The notes beneath the pieces were generated by a model. It was not told the DNA's origin. It was given only the letters and a program-made list of their open reading frames with translations, and searched no databases. From an uncultured Candidatus Saccharibacteria bacterium (GTDB lineage: Bacteria > Patescibacteriota > Minisyncoccia > Minisyncoccales > PEYH01), in the NCBI GenBank assembly GCA_964422845.1, contig CAYRCT010000002.1, positions 1 to 40,650 on the forward strand: DNA of 40,650 nucleotides. Reading direction: 5' to 3'. Made by a program: the position numbers and the translations under genes. This document shows positions 25,223-34,249 of the stretch, in pieces; position 1 is the first letter of the stretch; each line of letters starts with the position of its first letter.

Positions 25223-26341
25223 ATGAGTGCTTTTTGGAAAGCCTTATCTGTTTTTGTTGGGACAATCATCGGGGTAGGAATTTTTGGCCTGCCATGGGTT
25301 GCCTATAAAAGTGGATTTTTTGTCCTACTTTTTTATTTTTTGATTTTGGCCACAATAGCCATTGTTGTCCATTTGATGCTGGGGGACATTATTCTTGAAA
25401 CTAAAGGGAAACATCGATTTCCCGGCTATGTTAAAGAATATTTGGGTGCCCATTGGAGCAAAATTTCTTTTTTTGCCATATGTTTTGGTTTATTCGGCGC
25501 TCAACTTGCTTATTTAGTGGTTGGTGGAGTTTTTCTAACTAACTTGTTTTCTCCCTATTTAGGCGGAGACATTTTGGTTTATACTCTTGTTTTTTTCGCC
25601 TTGGGCGGTTTATTAATCTACAAGGGAATAAAAAGCATTTCTTTTACGGAATTTTTTGTACTTTTATTTTTCTTCGGACTTTTAATCTTTTTTGCTCTTG
25701 AGGCGTTTCCTAATATAAGGATGGAATATTTTTCGCAATTTAATCTTAAATTTCTTTTTTATCCCTATGGAGTAGTACTTTTTTCTCTTTGGGGGTCCGC
25801 TATTTTACCCGAATTGAAAGAGATTTTAAAGGGAAACAAAAAACAATTAAGAAAGACAATAATTTCAGGCATTATAATCTCTGCGTTCATTTATCTTGTT
25901 TTTGCAGCGATTATTTTAGGAGCTTGCGGTAGCGCAACCTCTGAAGACGCCATTACTGGGTTGGGCTTAAAGCTTGGATCAGGAGTTGCTATGGCGGGAT
26001 TTATCTTTGGATTTATTGCCTGCTTTACTTCTTTTTTAACGATTGGATTGACTCTAAAAAAAGTTTTTTGGTATGATATGCATTTTTCAGAAAAGATCTC
26101 TTGGACAGTTGCTATTTTTATCCCTTTGATTCTTTTCCTTCTAGGATTTAGGCAGTTTATTAACATCATCGGATTGACAGGCGCTTTTGCCGGAGGCATT
26201 GAAGGTTTTATTATAATTCTTCTCTATAGAGCATTTTTGAAGCAGAAGTTTTCCAAAAAGATGAATCCTGTGTATTTTCTTTTATCAATATTTTTTATAT
26301 TAGGAATCGTTGCCGAGATTTCCTATTTCATTCTAAAATAA
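25223..26341 (+). CDS. amino acid permease-like transporter
   Basis: 372 aa with about 11 hydrophobic helices. The N-terminus GTIIGVGIFGLPWVAYKSG is typical of the amino acid/aromatic permease superfamily. Confidence 0.55.
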   Translation: MSAFWKALSVFVGTIIGVGIFGLPWVAYKSGFFVLLFYFLILATIAIVVHLMLGDIILETKGKHRFPGYVKEYLGAHWSKISFFAICFGLFGAQLAYLVVGGVFLTNLFSPYLGGDILVYTLVFFALGGLLIYKGIKSISFTEFFVLLFFFGLLIFFALEAFPNIRMEYFSQFNLKFLFYPYGVVLFSLWGSAILPELKEILKGNKKQLRKTIISGIIISAFIYLVFAAIILGACGSATSEDAITGLGLKLGSGVAMAGFIFGFIACFTSFLTIGLTLKKVFWYDMHFSEKISWTVAIFIPLILFLLGFRQFINIIGLTGAFAGGIEGFIIILLYRAFLKQKFSKKMNPVYFLLSIFFILGIVAEISYFILK

Positions 26342-26388
26342 TTTTATAAAATATTTAGTCGAATCATTTACTAATACTTGATATTTTT

Positions 26389-26418
26389 TTGACAGACACT
26401 ACCAAAATGTGGTAATTT
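26389..26418 (+). promoter_or_regulatory. candidate promoter for greA, possibly giving a near-leaderless mRNA
   Basis: TTGACA, an 18-nt spacer ending in TG-G, then TAATTT. The greA ATG lies only 8 nt downstream of the -10 element. Confidence 0.3.
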
Positions 26419-26426
26419 ATAGTGTC

Positions 26427-26900
26427 ATGACAGAAGATAACAAAATTTATTTAACCAAAGAGGGGTTGAAAAAGCTTGAGCAAGAGTATCAGGCTTTACA
26501 ACAGATTAAAAAAGCTAAGACGAAAGAGGAATCATTGGTTATTGATCCCTTGGACGTTTCTGATTCGGAATTTTCTACATTTCAAGAAGATATAAATTTG
26601 CTTGAAGCAAGAGTAGAAGAATTGGAGACCGTTTTAAATAATTACACCATTATTACCGTTCCTCCGAAGAACAAGCAAAAAGTAATTTTTATGGGAGCAA
26701 CCATTCTTGTAGAAATAGAGGGACAGAAAGATGAATTTACCATTGTCGGCTCTTTGGAAGCAAATCCTATGCTTGGCAGAATCAGCAACGCGTCTCCTGT
26801 CGGAAGATGTCTTTTGGGTCATAAAGTTGGCGATGAAGTTAAAATTCAATCAGCCGTGGTTTCTGTTTATAAAATTATGAAAATTATATATAAATATTAA
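26427..26900 (+). CDS. greA: transcription elongation factor GreA
   Basis: The N-terminal coiled coil is YLTKEGLKKLEQEYQAL. The C-terminal FKBP-like domain is ISNASPVGRCLLGHKVGDEV. I prefer the ATG at 26427 to the GTG at 26409. Confidence 0.85.
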   Translation: MTEDNKIYLTKEGLKKLEQEYQALQQIKKAKTKEESLVIDPLDVSDSEFSTFQEDINLLEARVEELETVLNNYTIITVPPKNKQKVIFMGATILVEIEGQKDEFTIVGSLEANPMLGRISNASPVGRCLLGHKVGDEVKIQSAVVSVYKIMKIIYKY

Positions 26901-26908
26901 GTTAAAAA

Positions 26909-26930
26909 AAGAGGACTAGAGCCCTCTTTT
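26909..26930 (+). terminator. hairpin after greA
   Basis: AAGAGG-ACTAGAGC-CCTCTT followed by TT. The next start codon is only 8 nt downstream. Confidence 0.4.
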
Positions 26931-26938
26931 CAAATGCT

Positions 26939-28249
26939 ATGAGTTCTCTTCTTAAATTTTTTATCCAAATAGGAAAATTAAGGGAAGCAAAAAGAAGCGG
27001 TTGGTTGGCTTATGGAGTTAAAAATCCTGAAACTACTGCTGACCACGTTTTCAGAGCAGCGATTTTGGGCTGGCTGTTAAATAAGAAGAAAGGATTAAAT
27101 GAAGGTAAGATTATAAAAACAATTTTAATCCATCATTTATATGAATCCTATATCAGCGATGTAACTCCTTATGGTTATCTTTTGCCCAAGGGAGTTGCTT
27201 CTCAGAAAGAGAAGACGATTCTGAAAGAAATTCTTAAAAATCCGCCTCCTTTTAGTTTAATAGAGGAGCAAAAACGGCTTACCAAGAGACACGAAGAAGA
27301 AAAAAAAGCCGTTAAAAAGCTTATTTCTAAATTGTCGAACAACGTTAGAGTAGAGATAGAAAGTTTATGGCAGGATTATTTAAATAGAAAAACTAAGACA
27401 GGTAAGTTTTCTTGGCAAGCGGCTAAAACAGAATCATTTTTGCAGGCAATGGAATATTGGAAAAAAGAGGGCAAGATTGAACATAAATTATGGAATCGTT
27501 GGGCAAAGAAAGCATTGAGAGATCCAGTTATTTCAAAATTTAAAAAAGAAATAGATAGAAAATTTTTCAATCCCCGGAAAAAGAAAGATAGAAATATTTT
27601 AACCGAAATGTTAGATTTTTTTATTGAGATTGGCAAATTAAAAAGATTGAAAAGAACAGGATGGTTACTCAGAGGAGTTAAAGATGCCGAGACAGTTGCT
27701 CAGCACACATATAAGATGACGATGATGAGCTGGTTTTTGGGAAGCGTCAAGGGATTAGACACAGATAGGACTGTCAAGATTGCTTTAGTCCACGATTTAT
27801 GCGAAGTGTATGCTGGCGATCAAACTCCTTATGACTCAATCATTGATTCAAATAATTTAAGCAAAAAAGAAATACATGAAATAGTCAGAAAATTACCTAG
27901 AATTCCGTATTCTAAGAAACTAGAATGGCTACTCAAGAAAAGGACTAAAGAATGGAAGGCAATTGTAAGATTAACCTCTAGTCTTCCCAAAGAATTGCAA
28001 GATGAAATTATTGGACTTTGGGTAGATTTTGAAGAGGGACTGACCAGAGAGGGACGATTTGTTGCCCAAGTGGATAAGATGGTTAATCTTTTCCAAGCCA
28101 TTGAATATTGGAAAAAAGATAAAAAATTTCCAATAATTCCCTGGTGGATTAGCGTGAAAGAACAGGTAGATGATCCGATTTTATTAAAATTTATAGGAGA
28201 ATTAGACAAAGAATTCGCTATAGCCAAACAGGTTAGTAAGAAAAGATAG
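26939..28249 (+). CDS. tandem HD-domain phosphohydrolase (two YfbR/HDDC2-like 5'-nucleotidase domains)
   Basis: Two homologous halves start IQIGKLREAKRSGWLAYGVKNPETTADHVFRAAILGW and IEIGKLKRLKRTGWLLRGVKDAETVAQHTYKMTMMSW. Each also has an HH/HD and a D motif. Confidence 0.75.
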   Translation: MSSLLKFFIQIGKLREAKRSGWLAYGVKNPETTADHVFRAAILGWLLNKKKGLNEGKIIKTILIHHLYESYISDVTPYGYLLPKGVASQKEKTILKEILKNPPPFSLIEEQKRLTKRHEEEKKAVKKLISKLSNNVRVEIESLWQDYLNRKTKTGKFSWQAAKTESFLQAMEYWKKEGKIEHKLWNRWAKKALRDPVISKFKKEIDRKFFNPRKKKDRNILTEMLDFFIEIGKLKRLKRTGWLLRGVKDAETVAQHTYKMTMMSWFLGSVKGLDTDRTVKIALVHDLCEVYAGDQTPYDSIIDSNNLSKKEIHEIVRKLPRIPYSKKLEWLLKKRTKEWKAIVRLTSSLPKELQDEIIGLWVDFEEGLTREGRFVAQVDKMVNLFQAIEYWKKDKKFPIIPWWISVKEQVDDPILLKFIGELDKEFAIAKQVSKKR

Positions 28250-28278
28250 AAATGTGCAACAATTAAATAAATTTTAAG

Positions 28279-28306
28279 TCTCCTCTGTTTAAAGAGGGGA
28301 TTTTTT
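28279..28306 (+). terminator. rho-independent terminator
   Basis: TCTCCTCT-GTTTAA-AGAGGGGA followed by TTTTTT. Confidence 0.7.
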
Positions 28307-28358
28307 GTCTTGCTTTCCCATTTTTGAAAAGATTTAATTATGATAAGATAGAAAAGAC

Positions 28359-30095
28359 ATGATAAATCAAGAAATAGCTAACATTTTATACGAGATTGGA
28401 TATCTCTTAGAAATAGAAGGGATTGCCTTTAAACCGCAGGCCTATGAAAAAGCGGCTATTGTTTTAGAAAATTTAAAACAAAGCATTGCTGACATATATA
28501 AACAAGGAGGAACTAAATCGTTGATAATTGTTCCCGGGATTGGGAATGGCATTGCTAAGAAAATAGAAGAGTATTTAATAACAGGGAAAATTAAGCATTA
28601 CGAAGAACTAAAAAAGAAATTTCCCGTAGACATTAATGGACTAATTGCCGTAGAGGGTGTAGGACCCAAAACAGTTAAAAGATTGTACAGAGAGTTAGGT
28701 ATAAAAAATGTAAACGATTTGGAAAGAATAGTAAAAGAGCATAAAATAGCACCTTTATTTGGTTTTGGAGAGAAGAGAGAGAAAAATATTTTAGAAAGTA
28801 TAAAATTTTTGAAAAAAAATAAAAGCAAATTTCTTTTGGGAGAAATTTTGCCCGCAGCGGACAAAATAAAAAATGTATTATGTCGATTAGCGGAAGTTAA
28901 AAATTTTAGCATTGCCGGTTCCTTGAGGAGAAAGAAAGAGACAATAGGAGATGTTGATTTTCTGGTTGTCTCAAACGAGCCCGAGAAAGTAATGGATGTT
29001 TTTGTAAAACAACATGGGATAATTAAAGTTTGGAATAGAGGAAAGACCAAAAGCTCAATTCGCTTGGACTCCGGGATTGACGTGGATTTAAGAGTAGTGC
29101 CTGCAAAAAGTTTCGGTTCCGCGCTTCAGTATTTTACAGGGTCTAAATATCATAATATTGCTTTAAGGAAAATAGCCATTGATTTGGGTTTTAAACTCAA
29201 CGAATATGGGCTTTTTAAGGGACACAAAATGATTGCCGGAAGGAGTGAAAAGGGTATTTATAACGCACTGGGAATGGATTATGTGGCACCGGAACTTAGA
29301 GAGAATAAAGGAGAAATAGAGGCGGCTTTGGAAAACAATCTTCCCAGATTGATTAATTATGGAGATATCAGAGGAGATTTGCATTGTCATTCTAGTTGGG
29401 ATGGCGGGAAAAATTCTATTAAACAAATGGCGGAAACAGCCATGAACATGGGTTATCAATATCTTGGGATTTCCGATCATACTAAATTTTTAAGAATAGA
29501 AAACGGACTTAACGAAAAACAACTTGTTCAACAAAGGAAGGAGATAAATAAATTAAATTTACGATTCGTAGCGCGTAATTTAGAATTCAAAATTTTGCAG
29601 GGAGCAGAAGCCAATATTTTAAAAGACGGTTCGATTGACATAAACGACGAAGCCCTTAAAAAATTAGATTATGCTATTGCTGGCATTCATTCTCATTTTA
29701 AGCTTTCTAAAAATCAAATGACGGAAAGGATTATTAAAGCGATGAGAAATCCACACATAAAGATTATTTCTCATCCTACGGGCAGGATTTTGAAAAGAAG
29801 AGATGAATACCAAATTGATTTTGATAAAATTTTGCGCGCAGCTAAAGAAACGAACACTATTCTAGAGATTAATTCTTTTCCTAGCAGAATAGACTTAAAC
29901 GATATTAATGTTAGGAGGACAAAATTAGCGGGAGTGAAAATGGTGATTAATAGTGATGCTCATCATAAAAATCATTTGCGATTTATCGAATTTGGAATTG
30001 CTCAAGCTCGACGTGGTTGGGCAGAGAAAAAAGATATTATTAATACTGCTCCTCTTAATGGATTGTTGGGGATAAAAAAATTATTGGAATTTTAG
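28359..30095 (+). CDS. polX: family X DNA polymerase with C-terminal PHP domain (PolX)
   Basis: N-terminal HhH segments NQEIANILYEIGYLLEIEG and GIGNGIAKKIEE. The Pol-beta nucleotidyltransferase motif is GSLRRKKETIGDVDFLV. PHP motifs are GDLHCHS and SDAHH. Confidence 0.9.
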   Translation: MINQEIANILYEIGYLLEIEGIAFKPQAYEKAAIVLENLKQSIADIYKQGGTKSLIIVPGIGNGIAKKIEEYLITGKIKHYEELKKKFPVDINGLIAVEGVGPKTVKRLYRELGIKNVNDLERIVKEHKIAPLFGFGEKREKNILESIKFLKKNKSKFLLGEILPAADKIKNVLCRLAEVKNFSIAGSLRRKKETIGDVDFLVVSNEPEKVMDVFVKQHGIIKVWNRGKTKSSIRLDSGIDVDLRVVPAKSFGSALQYFTGSKYHNIALRKIAIDLGFKLNEYGLFKGHKMIAGRSEKGIYNALGMDYVAPELRENKGEIEAALENNLPRLINYGDIRGDLHCHSSWDGGKNSIKQMAETAMNMGYQYLGISDHTKFLRIENGLNEKQLVQQRKEINKLNLRFVARNLEFKILQGAEANILKDGSIDINDEALKKLDYAIAGIHSHFKLSKNQMTERIIKAMRNPHIKIISHPTGRILKRRDEYQIDFDKILRAAKETNTILEINSFPSRIDLNDINVRRTKLAGVKMVINSDAHHKNHLRFIEFGIAQARRGWAEKKDIINTAPLNGLLGIKKLLEF

Positions 30096-30169
30096 AAATA
30101 TTAGATTATAATAAAGAATTGCAGAAGTCGTTAAGTTTAAAAATAATTAATAATTAATTTATAAAAATT

Positions 30170-33100
30170 ATGAACAATTATTCTCAAAAAAATAAAATAA
30201 AATTTTCTAAATTTATTTTTTCTCTAGTTTTTGTAAATATTTTAGTTTTAATTTTTGTTATTAATATTAAAAGAGTGGATGCTTATTCTCCAATCCCTCC
30301 AGGATATAAGTTTGAGAATAATCTTGATCTAAATGATCGCAACGAAGACGTCAAATATTTGCAAAAATTTTTAGAATATCAAGAATTTTTTCCCGCAGAT
30401 ACAAACACTGGTTATTTCGGAAATATAACCAATAAAGCAGTGATTAAATTTCAAGAAGAATATTCAGACGAGATTTTAAAACCGTGGGGGATATCTTATG
30501 GAACAGGACATGTAGGTAGAACTACCATTGCAAAACTTAATAAATTCCTTGATGTTTTTGACGAAAATAATCCCAGTATTCCTTGGCCAGAACCGTTATC
30601 GGACAATACAGCGGGTCGCGAAGAATACGAGCAAAGATTTCCATCGTCAGAGTCGCAATCTATCAAGGAAGTTTATCAAACTCCCTCCGGTCATTCCATA
30701 AACATTGTGGTGATTGTTAATTCCGTTCTCCAGAATTCTATCCAAGATTCGCTAGATCAATATATTGTAGATTTAGAGAATGACGGATATTCAGTTACAC
30801 TAGTCAGTTATAGCGGGGGTACGCCAAAGAAATTAAAGACCTATTTACAAGAGAGATATTCAAATGGTTTAGATGGTTGTTTATTAATAGGAGATCTTCC
30901 AGTTCCTTGGTTTCATCGAGCCTATCGTAATCAATACCGCCAAGTTGTGCAAGAGGAATTCCCTATAGACTTGTATTATATGGATTTAGACGGAAGTTGG
31001 ACTGATTCTAATCGCGACGGAACACTTGATGTTCATTCAGATGGATCGGGAGATAAGGAGCCAGAAATATGGGTAGGAAGACTTACTGCTTCTTCTTTGG
31101 GGAACGAAGCTGAATTGTTGAAAAATTATTTCATTAAGAATCACAAATACAGAACAGGTGTTTTATTGTTAGAAAATAAAGGTTTAGTTTACTCTGATGA
31201 CGATGGGAACAGTTATTATCCATTAGATTTAGCATACGACAAAGTTACTACTATACATAATAGGACCACAACTAATAGTATAGATTATGAAAGAAGACTT
31301 ACCCAAAACTATGAATTTGTTTATGTAGCGGTTCATTCTTCTCCTCAATTTCATCGTTTTGAAATACCTGGCGGATGGGACGGATTCACTTATAATCACG
31401 AAATAAAGTCTATTGATCCAAAAAGTTCTTTCTATCTTCTTAACGCTTGTTCTAATTCAAGATATACCTCACCTCAATATATGGGAGGTCATTATATTTT
31501 TTCAGATACTTACGGATTAGTGGCAATAGGAAGCACCAAGGCATGTAATATTTTAGATACAAGGTCTTACTTTAAAACTCTTGGGAGTGGAGGGAGTTTT
31601 GGAGACGCACTTAAAAATTGGTGGATTAGCAGGGCTCCTTATGGAGAAATGGATCGTCATCTTTTTTATGGCGTGACTTTATTAGGAGACCCTACACTTA
31701 AAGTTTCTAGCAAAATGGTAACCATTTCTCCGGACGTTGCTTCAAATACGTATTCCGAAATCAAAGAAAAAGAGTGTGCTACCAAAGGATGCAGTAATTC
31801 AGTGATCTTTGAGTGTTCAGAATTCGAATGCGATCCAGCTTCAGACGGAAGACTTGTTATTTCTCTTAATGGAGATTACGATTCTCCTGGTAAATACTCT
31901 AAAATATATATTGATGATAATTATCTTGCTGATATAGGAAGCTTTAATCCAGGAACTGCTTGCGAGTGGCAATCCGAAACTCTTACTATTCCAAAATCCG
32001 ATCTTCAATCATATTTTTCAGACGGTTTTTTAGAAGTAACATTTAAAGATCAAAATGAAGTTGATTGCTGTTGCAACTCTAAACATAGAGCTAGCCTGGA
32101 ATTTGAATATGAAAACACAGAAGAAGATTCTACTGGTAATAAAACAGATCAAGAAGATCCTGTCTCCGGAACTATTTCTATAAACAAAACAAGAGCAAAT
32201 ATTGGGGAGATTATTACACTCACAGTTACAGGAGAAGACGATAATGGTCTTAATTCTCTATGGGCTAATTACCAAGGGGATTGGCACGAGGAACAAGTTA
32301 ATGGGACTGAAGCTACTAAATCGTTTGCTTTTTCTGAATCAAAAGTAGGAACTTATAAATATTATGGTTATGTATATGGCTCTAAATTAAACGGGGATTC
32401 AGAAAACACATGGACAGAACCGAGTGTGGCAACGGTAGTTATTGAAAGAGACACAGATTCTGGAGACTCTGGTGGAGACTCTGGTGGAGATTCGGGCGGA
32501 GATTCTGGAGGAGATTCTGAAACAGACACCGGAGGAAACATCGAAATAGAAATCAAAATAGATATCACAGAAGATACTACAGAGAACATCACTTGCTCCG
32601 ACACAGATCAAGGTGACATTTATATTAAGGGCTATTGCGAGGATTCTCACCACACGAATGATGGTTGGGACGTATGCTCTGACGACGTATCTCAAGGAGG
32701 ACTATCAGAATATACTTGTAGTAATTCGTGCTCGGGTCAGAGTGATTCAGAAAACACTTTCTCGTGCTCGGGTCAGAGTTGTAATCTTGAAGATTCAGAA
32801 CATGCTTGCAGTGATTCATCCTCGAGTCAAAGTTGTAATATTAAACATTATTCTTGTCCCAATGGATGCAAAGACGGAGCTTGCATTAAAGATAAAGCAG
32901 AGCAAGCAGAGCAAGAAGACCCTGTTTCCGGAGCTATTTCCGTAAACAAAGAAACAGTCAATGTTGGGGAGAATATTACACTCACAGTCACAGGACAAGA
33001 CGATAATGGGCTTAATTCTCTATGGGCCTATTACCAAGGGGATTGGCACGAGGAACAAGTCAGCGGGACTGAAGCTACTAAATCATTTACTTTTTCTGAA

Positions 33101-33928
33101 TCAAAAGCAGGAACTTATACATATTATGGTTATATATATGGCTCTAAATCAAACGGAGAGTCAGAGAATGCATGGACAGGGTCGAGTGTGGTAACGGTGA
33201 TTGTTGGAGGAGATACAGACTCTGAAGGAGACGCTACAGAAGACAATTCTTGTTCCGACACAGACAAAGGGAATATTTATGCTAAGGGATATTGTGAGGA
33301 TTCTCGCCACATAAACGATGGTTGGGATATGTGCTCTGGTGGAAACGACTTGTTAGAATATAATTGTGTTGACTCATCTTCTGGTAAGGTTTGTGGGACA
33401 AAACATTATTCTTGTCCCAATGGATGCAAAGATGGGGCTTGTATTAGGGATTCTGTAGAAGAAACTACAGAAGATAATTCTTGCTCTGACACAGACAAAG
33501 GGAATATTTATGCTAAGGGATATTGTCATGATTCTCGTGGAACAAATAATGGTTGGGATATGTGCTCTGGTGGAAACGATTTATTAGAATATAATTGTGT
33601 TAATTCATCTTCTGGTCAAGTTTGTGGAACAAAGCATTATTCTTGTCCCAATGGATGCAAGAATGGGGCTTGTATTAGGGATTCTGCAGAAGATACTACA
33701 GGAAACATCACTTGCTCTGACACAGACAATGGAAACATTTATTTTAAGGGATATTGTCATGATTCTCGTGGAACAAATAATGGTTGGGATATGTGCTCTG
33801 GTGGAAACGATTTATTAGAATATAATTGTGTTAATTCATCTTCTGGTCAAGTTTGTGGAACAAAGCATTATTCTTGTCCCAATGGATGCAAGAATGGGGC
33901 TTGCGAGTTTGCCAATGTCACCATGTAA
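30170..33928 (+). CDS. giant secreted modular protein: PG-binding domain, clan-CD (gingipain-like) peptidase-like domain, Ig-like and 8-Cys repeat modules
   Basis: 1252-aa ORF with an N-terminal hydrophobic helix. The PG_binding_1-like motif is DVKYLQKFL...GYFGNITNKAVIKFQ. The His/Cys contexts are YVAVHSS (H389) and YLLNACSNS (C427). It has 2 Ig-like and 4 Cys-rich modules. Confidence 0.8.
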   Translation: MNNYSQKNKIKFSKFIFSLVFVNILVLIFVINIKRVDAYSPIPPGYKFENNLDLNDRNEDVKYLQKFLEYQEFFPADTNTGYFGNITNKAVIKFQEEYSDEILKPWGISYGTGHVGRTTIAKLNKFLDVFDENNPSIPWPEPLSDNTAGREEYEQRFPSSESQSIKEVYQTPSGHSINIVVIVNSVLQNSIQDSLDQYIVDLENDGYSVTLVSYSGGTPKKLKTYLQERYSNGLDGCLLIGDLPVPWFHRAYRNQYRQVVQEEFPIDLYYMDLDGSWTDSNRDGTLDVHSDGSGDKEPEIWVGRLTASSLGNEAELLKNYFIKNHKYRTGVLLLENKGLVYSDDDGNSYYPLDLAYDKVTTIHNRTTTNSIDYERRLTQNYEFVYVAVHSSPQFHRFEIPGGWDGFTYNHEIKSIDPKSSFYLLNACSNSRYTSPQYMGGHYIFSDTYGLVAIGSTKACNILDTRSYFKTLGSGGSFGDALKNWWISRAPYGEMDRHLFYGVTLLGDPTLKVSSKMVTISPDVASNTYSEIKEKECATKGCSNSVIFECSEFECDPASDGRLVISLNGDYDSPGKYSKIYIDDNYLADIGSFNPGTACEWQSETLTIPKSDLQSYFSDGFLEVTFKDQNEVDCCCNSKHRASLEFEYENTEEDSTGNKTDQEDPVSGTISINKTRANIGEIITLTVTGEDDNGLNSLWANYQGDWHEEQVNGTEATKSFAFSESKVGTYKYYGYVYGSKLNGDSENTWTEPSVATVVIERDTDSGDSGGDSGGDSGGDSGGDSETDTGGNIEIEIKIDITEDTTENITCSDTDQGDIYIKGYCEDSHHTNDGWDVCSDDVSQGGLSEYTCSNSCSGQSDSENTFSCSGQSCNLEDSEHACSDSSSSQSCNIKHYSCPNGCKDGACIKDKAEQAEQEDPVSGAISVNKETVNVGENITLTVTGQDDNGLNSLWAYYQGDWHEEQVSGTEATKSFTFSESKAGTYTYYGYIYGSKSNGESENAWTGSSVVTVIVGGDTDSEGDATEDNSCSDTDKGNIYAKGYCEDSRHINDGWDMCSGGNDLLEYNCVDSSSGKVCGTKHYSCPNGCKDGACIRDSVEETTEDNSCSDTDKGNIYAKGYCHDSRGTNNGWDMCSGGNDLLEYNCVNSSSGQVCGTKHYSCPNGCKNGACIRDSAEDTTGNITCSDTDNGNIYFKGYCHDSRGTNNGWDMCSGGNDLLEYNCVNSSSGQVCGTKHYSCPNGCKNGACEFANVTM
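32153..33904 (+). repeat. intragenic module array in gene 1
   Basis: Ig-like modules lie at 32153-32446 and 32915-33205. A GGDS 12-nt tandem repeat lies at 32456-32518. The 8-Cys modules lie at 32594-32884 (expanded), 33251-33442, 33482-33673 and 33713-33904. Confidence 0.85.
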
Positions 33929-34084
33929 TCAGAAAAGAATAATTTTTTTAAGATAATTAAAGTTCTAATCTTTGCTAAAACGAAATTTAAAAGTTCCGGA
34001 ATTACGGGGCTTTTAAGATATTAAGAATAATATTTAAAAATGTATTTTAAATATCTGTTTTTGTTTTCTCTACAATTTTCTCAA
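33929..34084. repeat. copy 1 of a ~156-nt downstream flank (copy 2 at 37040-37195)
   Basis: My hand alignment gives roughly 90 percent identity. It includes a degenerate copy of the 37101-37125 terminator and the last 12 codons of rplT. Confidence 0.85.
34047..34084 (-). pseudogene. relic 3' fragment of rplT (last 12 codons plus stop)
   Basis: It reads EKIVEKTKTDI*, against the intact rplT C-terminus EKIIEKTKTDI* at 37158-37193. There is no upstream rplT body. Confidence 0.75.
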
Positions 34085-34200
34085 TGCGATTTATCGAATC
34101 TGGCATTGCTCAAGCTCGACGCGGTTGGGCAGAGAAGAAAAACATTATTAATGCTCAATTTTTAAAAAAGTTATCAACATTCTTCAGCGCTAAATAATTC
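34085..34200 (+). pseudogene. relic 3' fragment of polX
   Basis: 34085-34152 aligns to 29977-30044 with about 6 mismatches in 68 nt. Its frame reads RFIESGIAQARRGWAEKKNIIN, against the genuine RFIEFGIAQARRGWAEKKDIIN. Confidence 0.75.
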
Positions 34201-34249
34201 GTATTTTTTATAAATTAAGGTTATCATAAATTAATAATCATAATTATTA

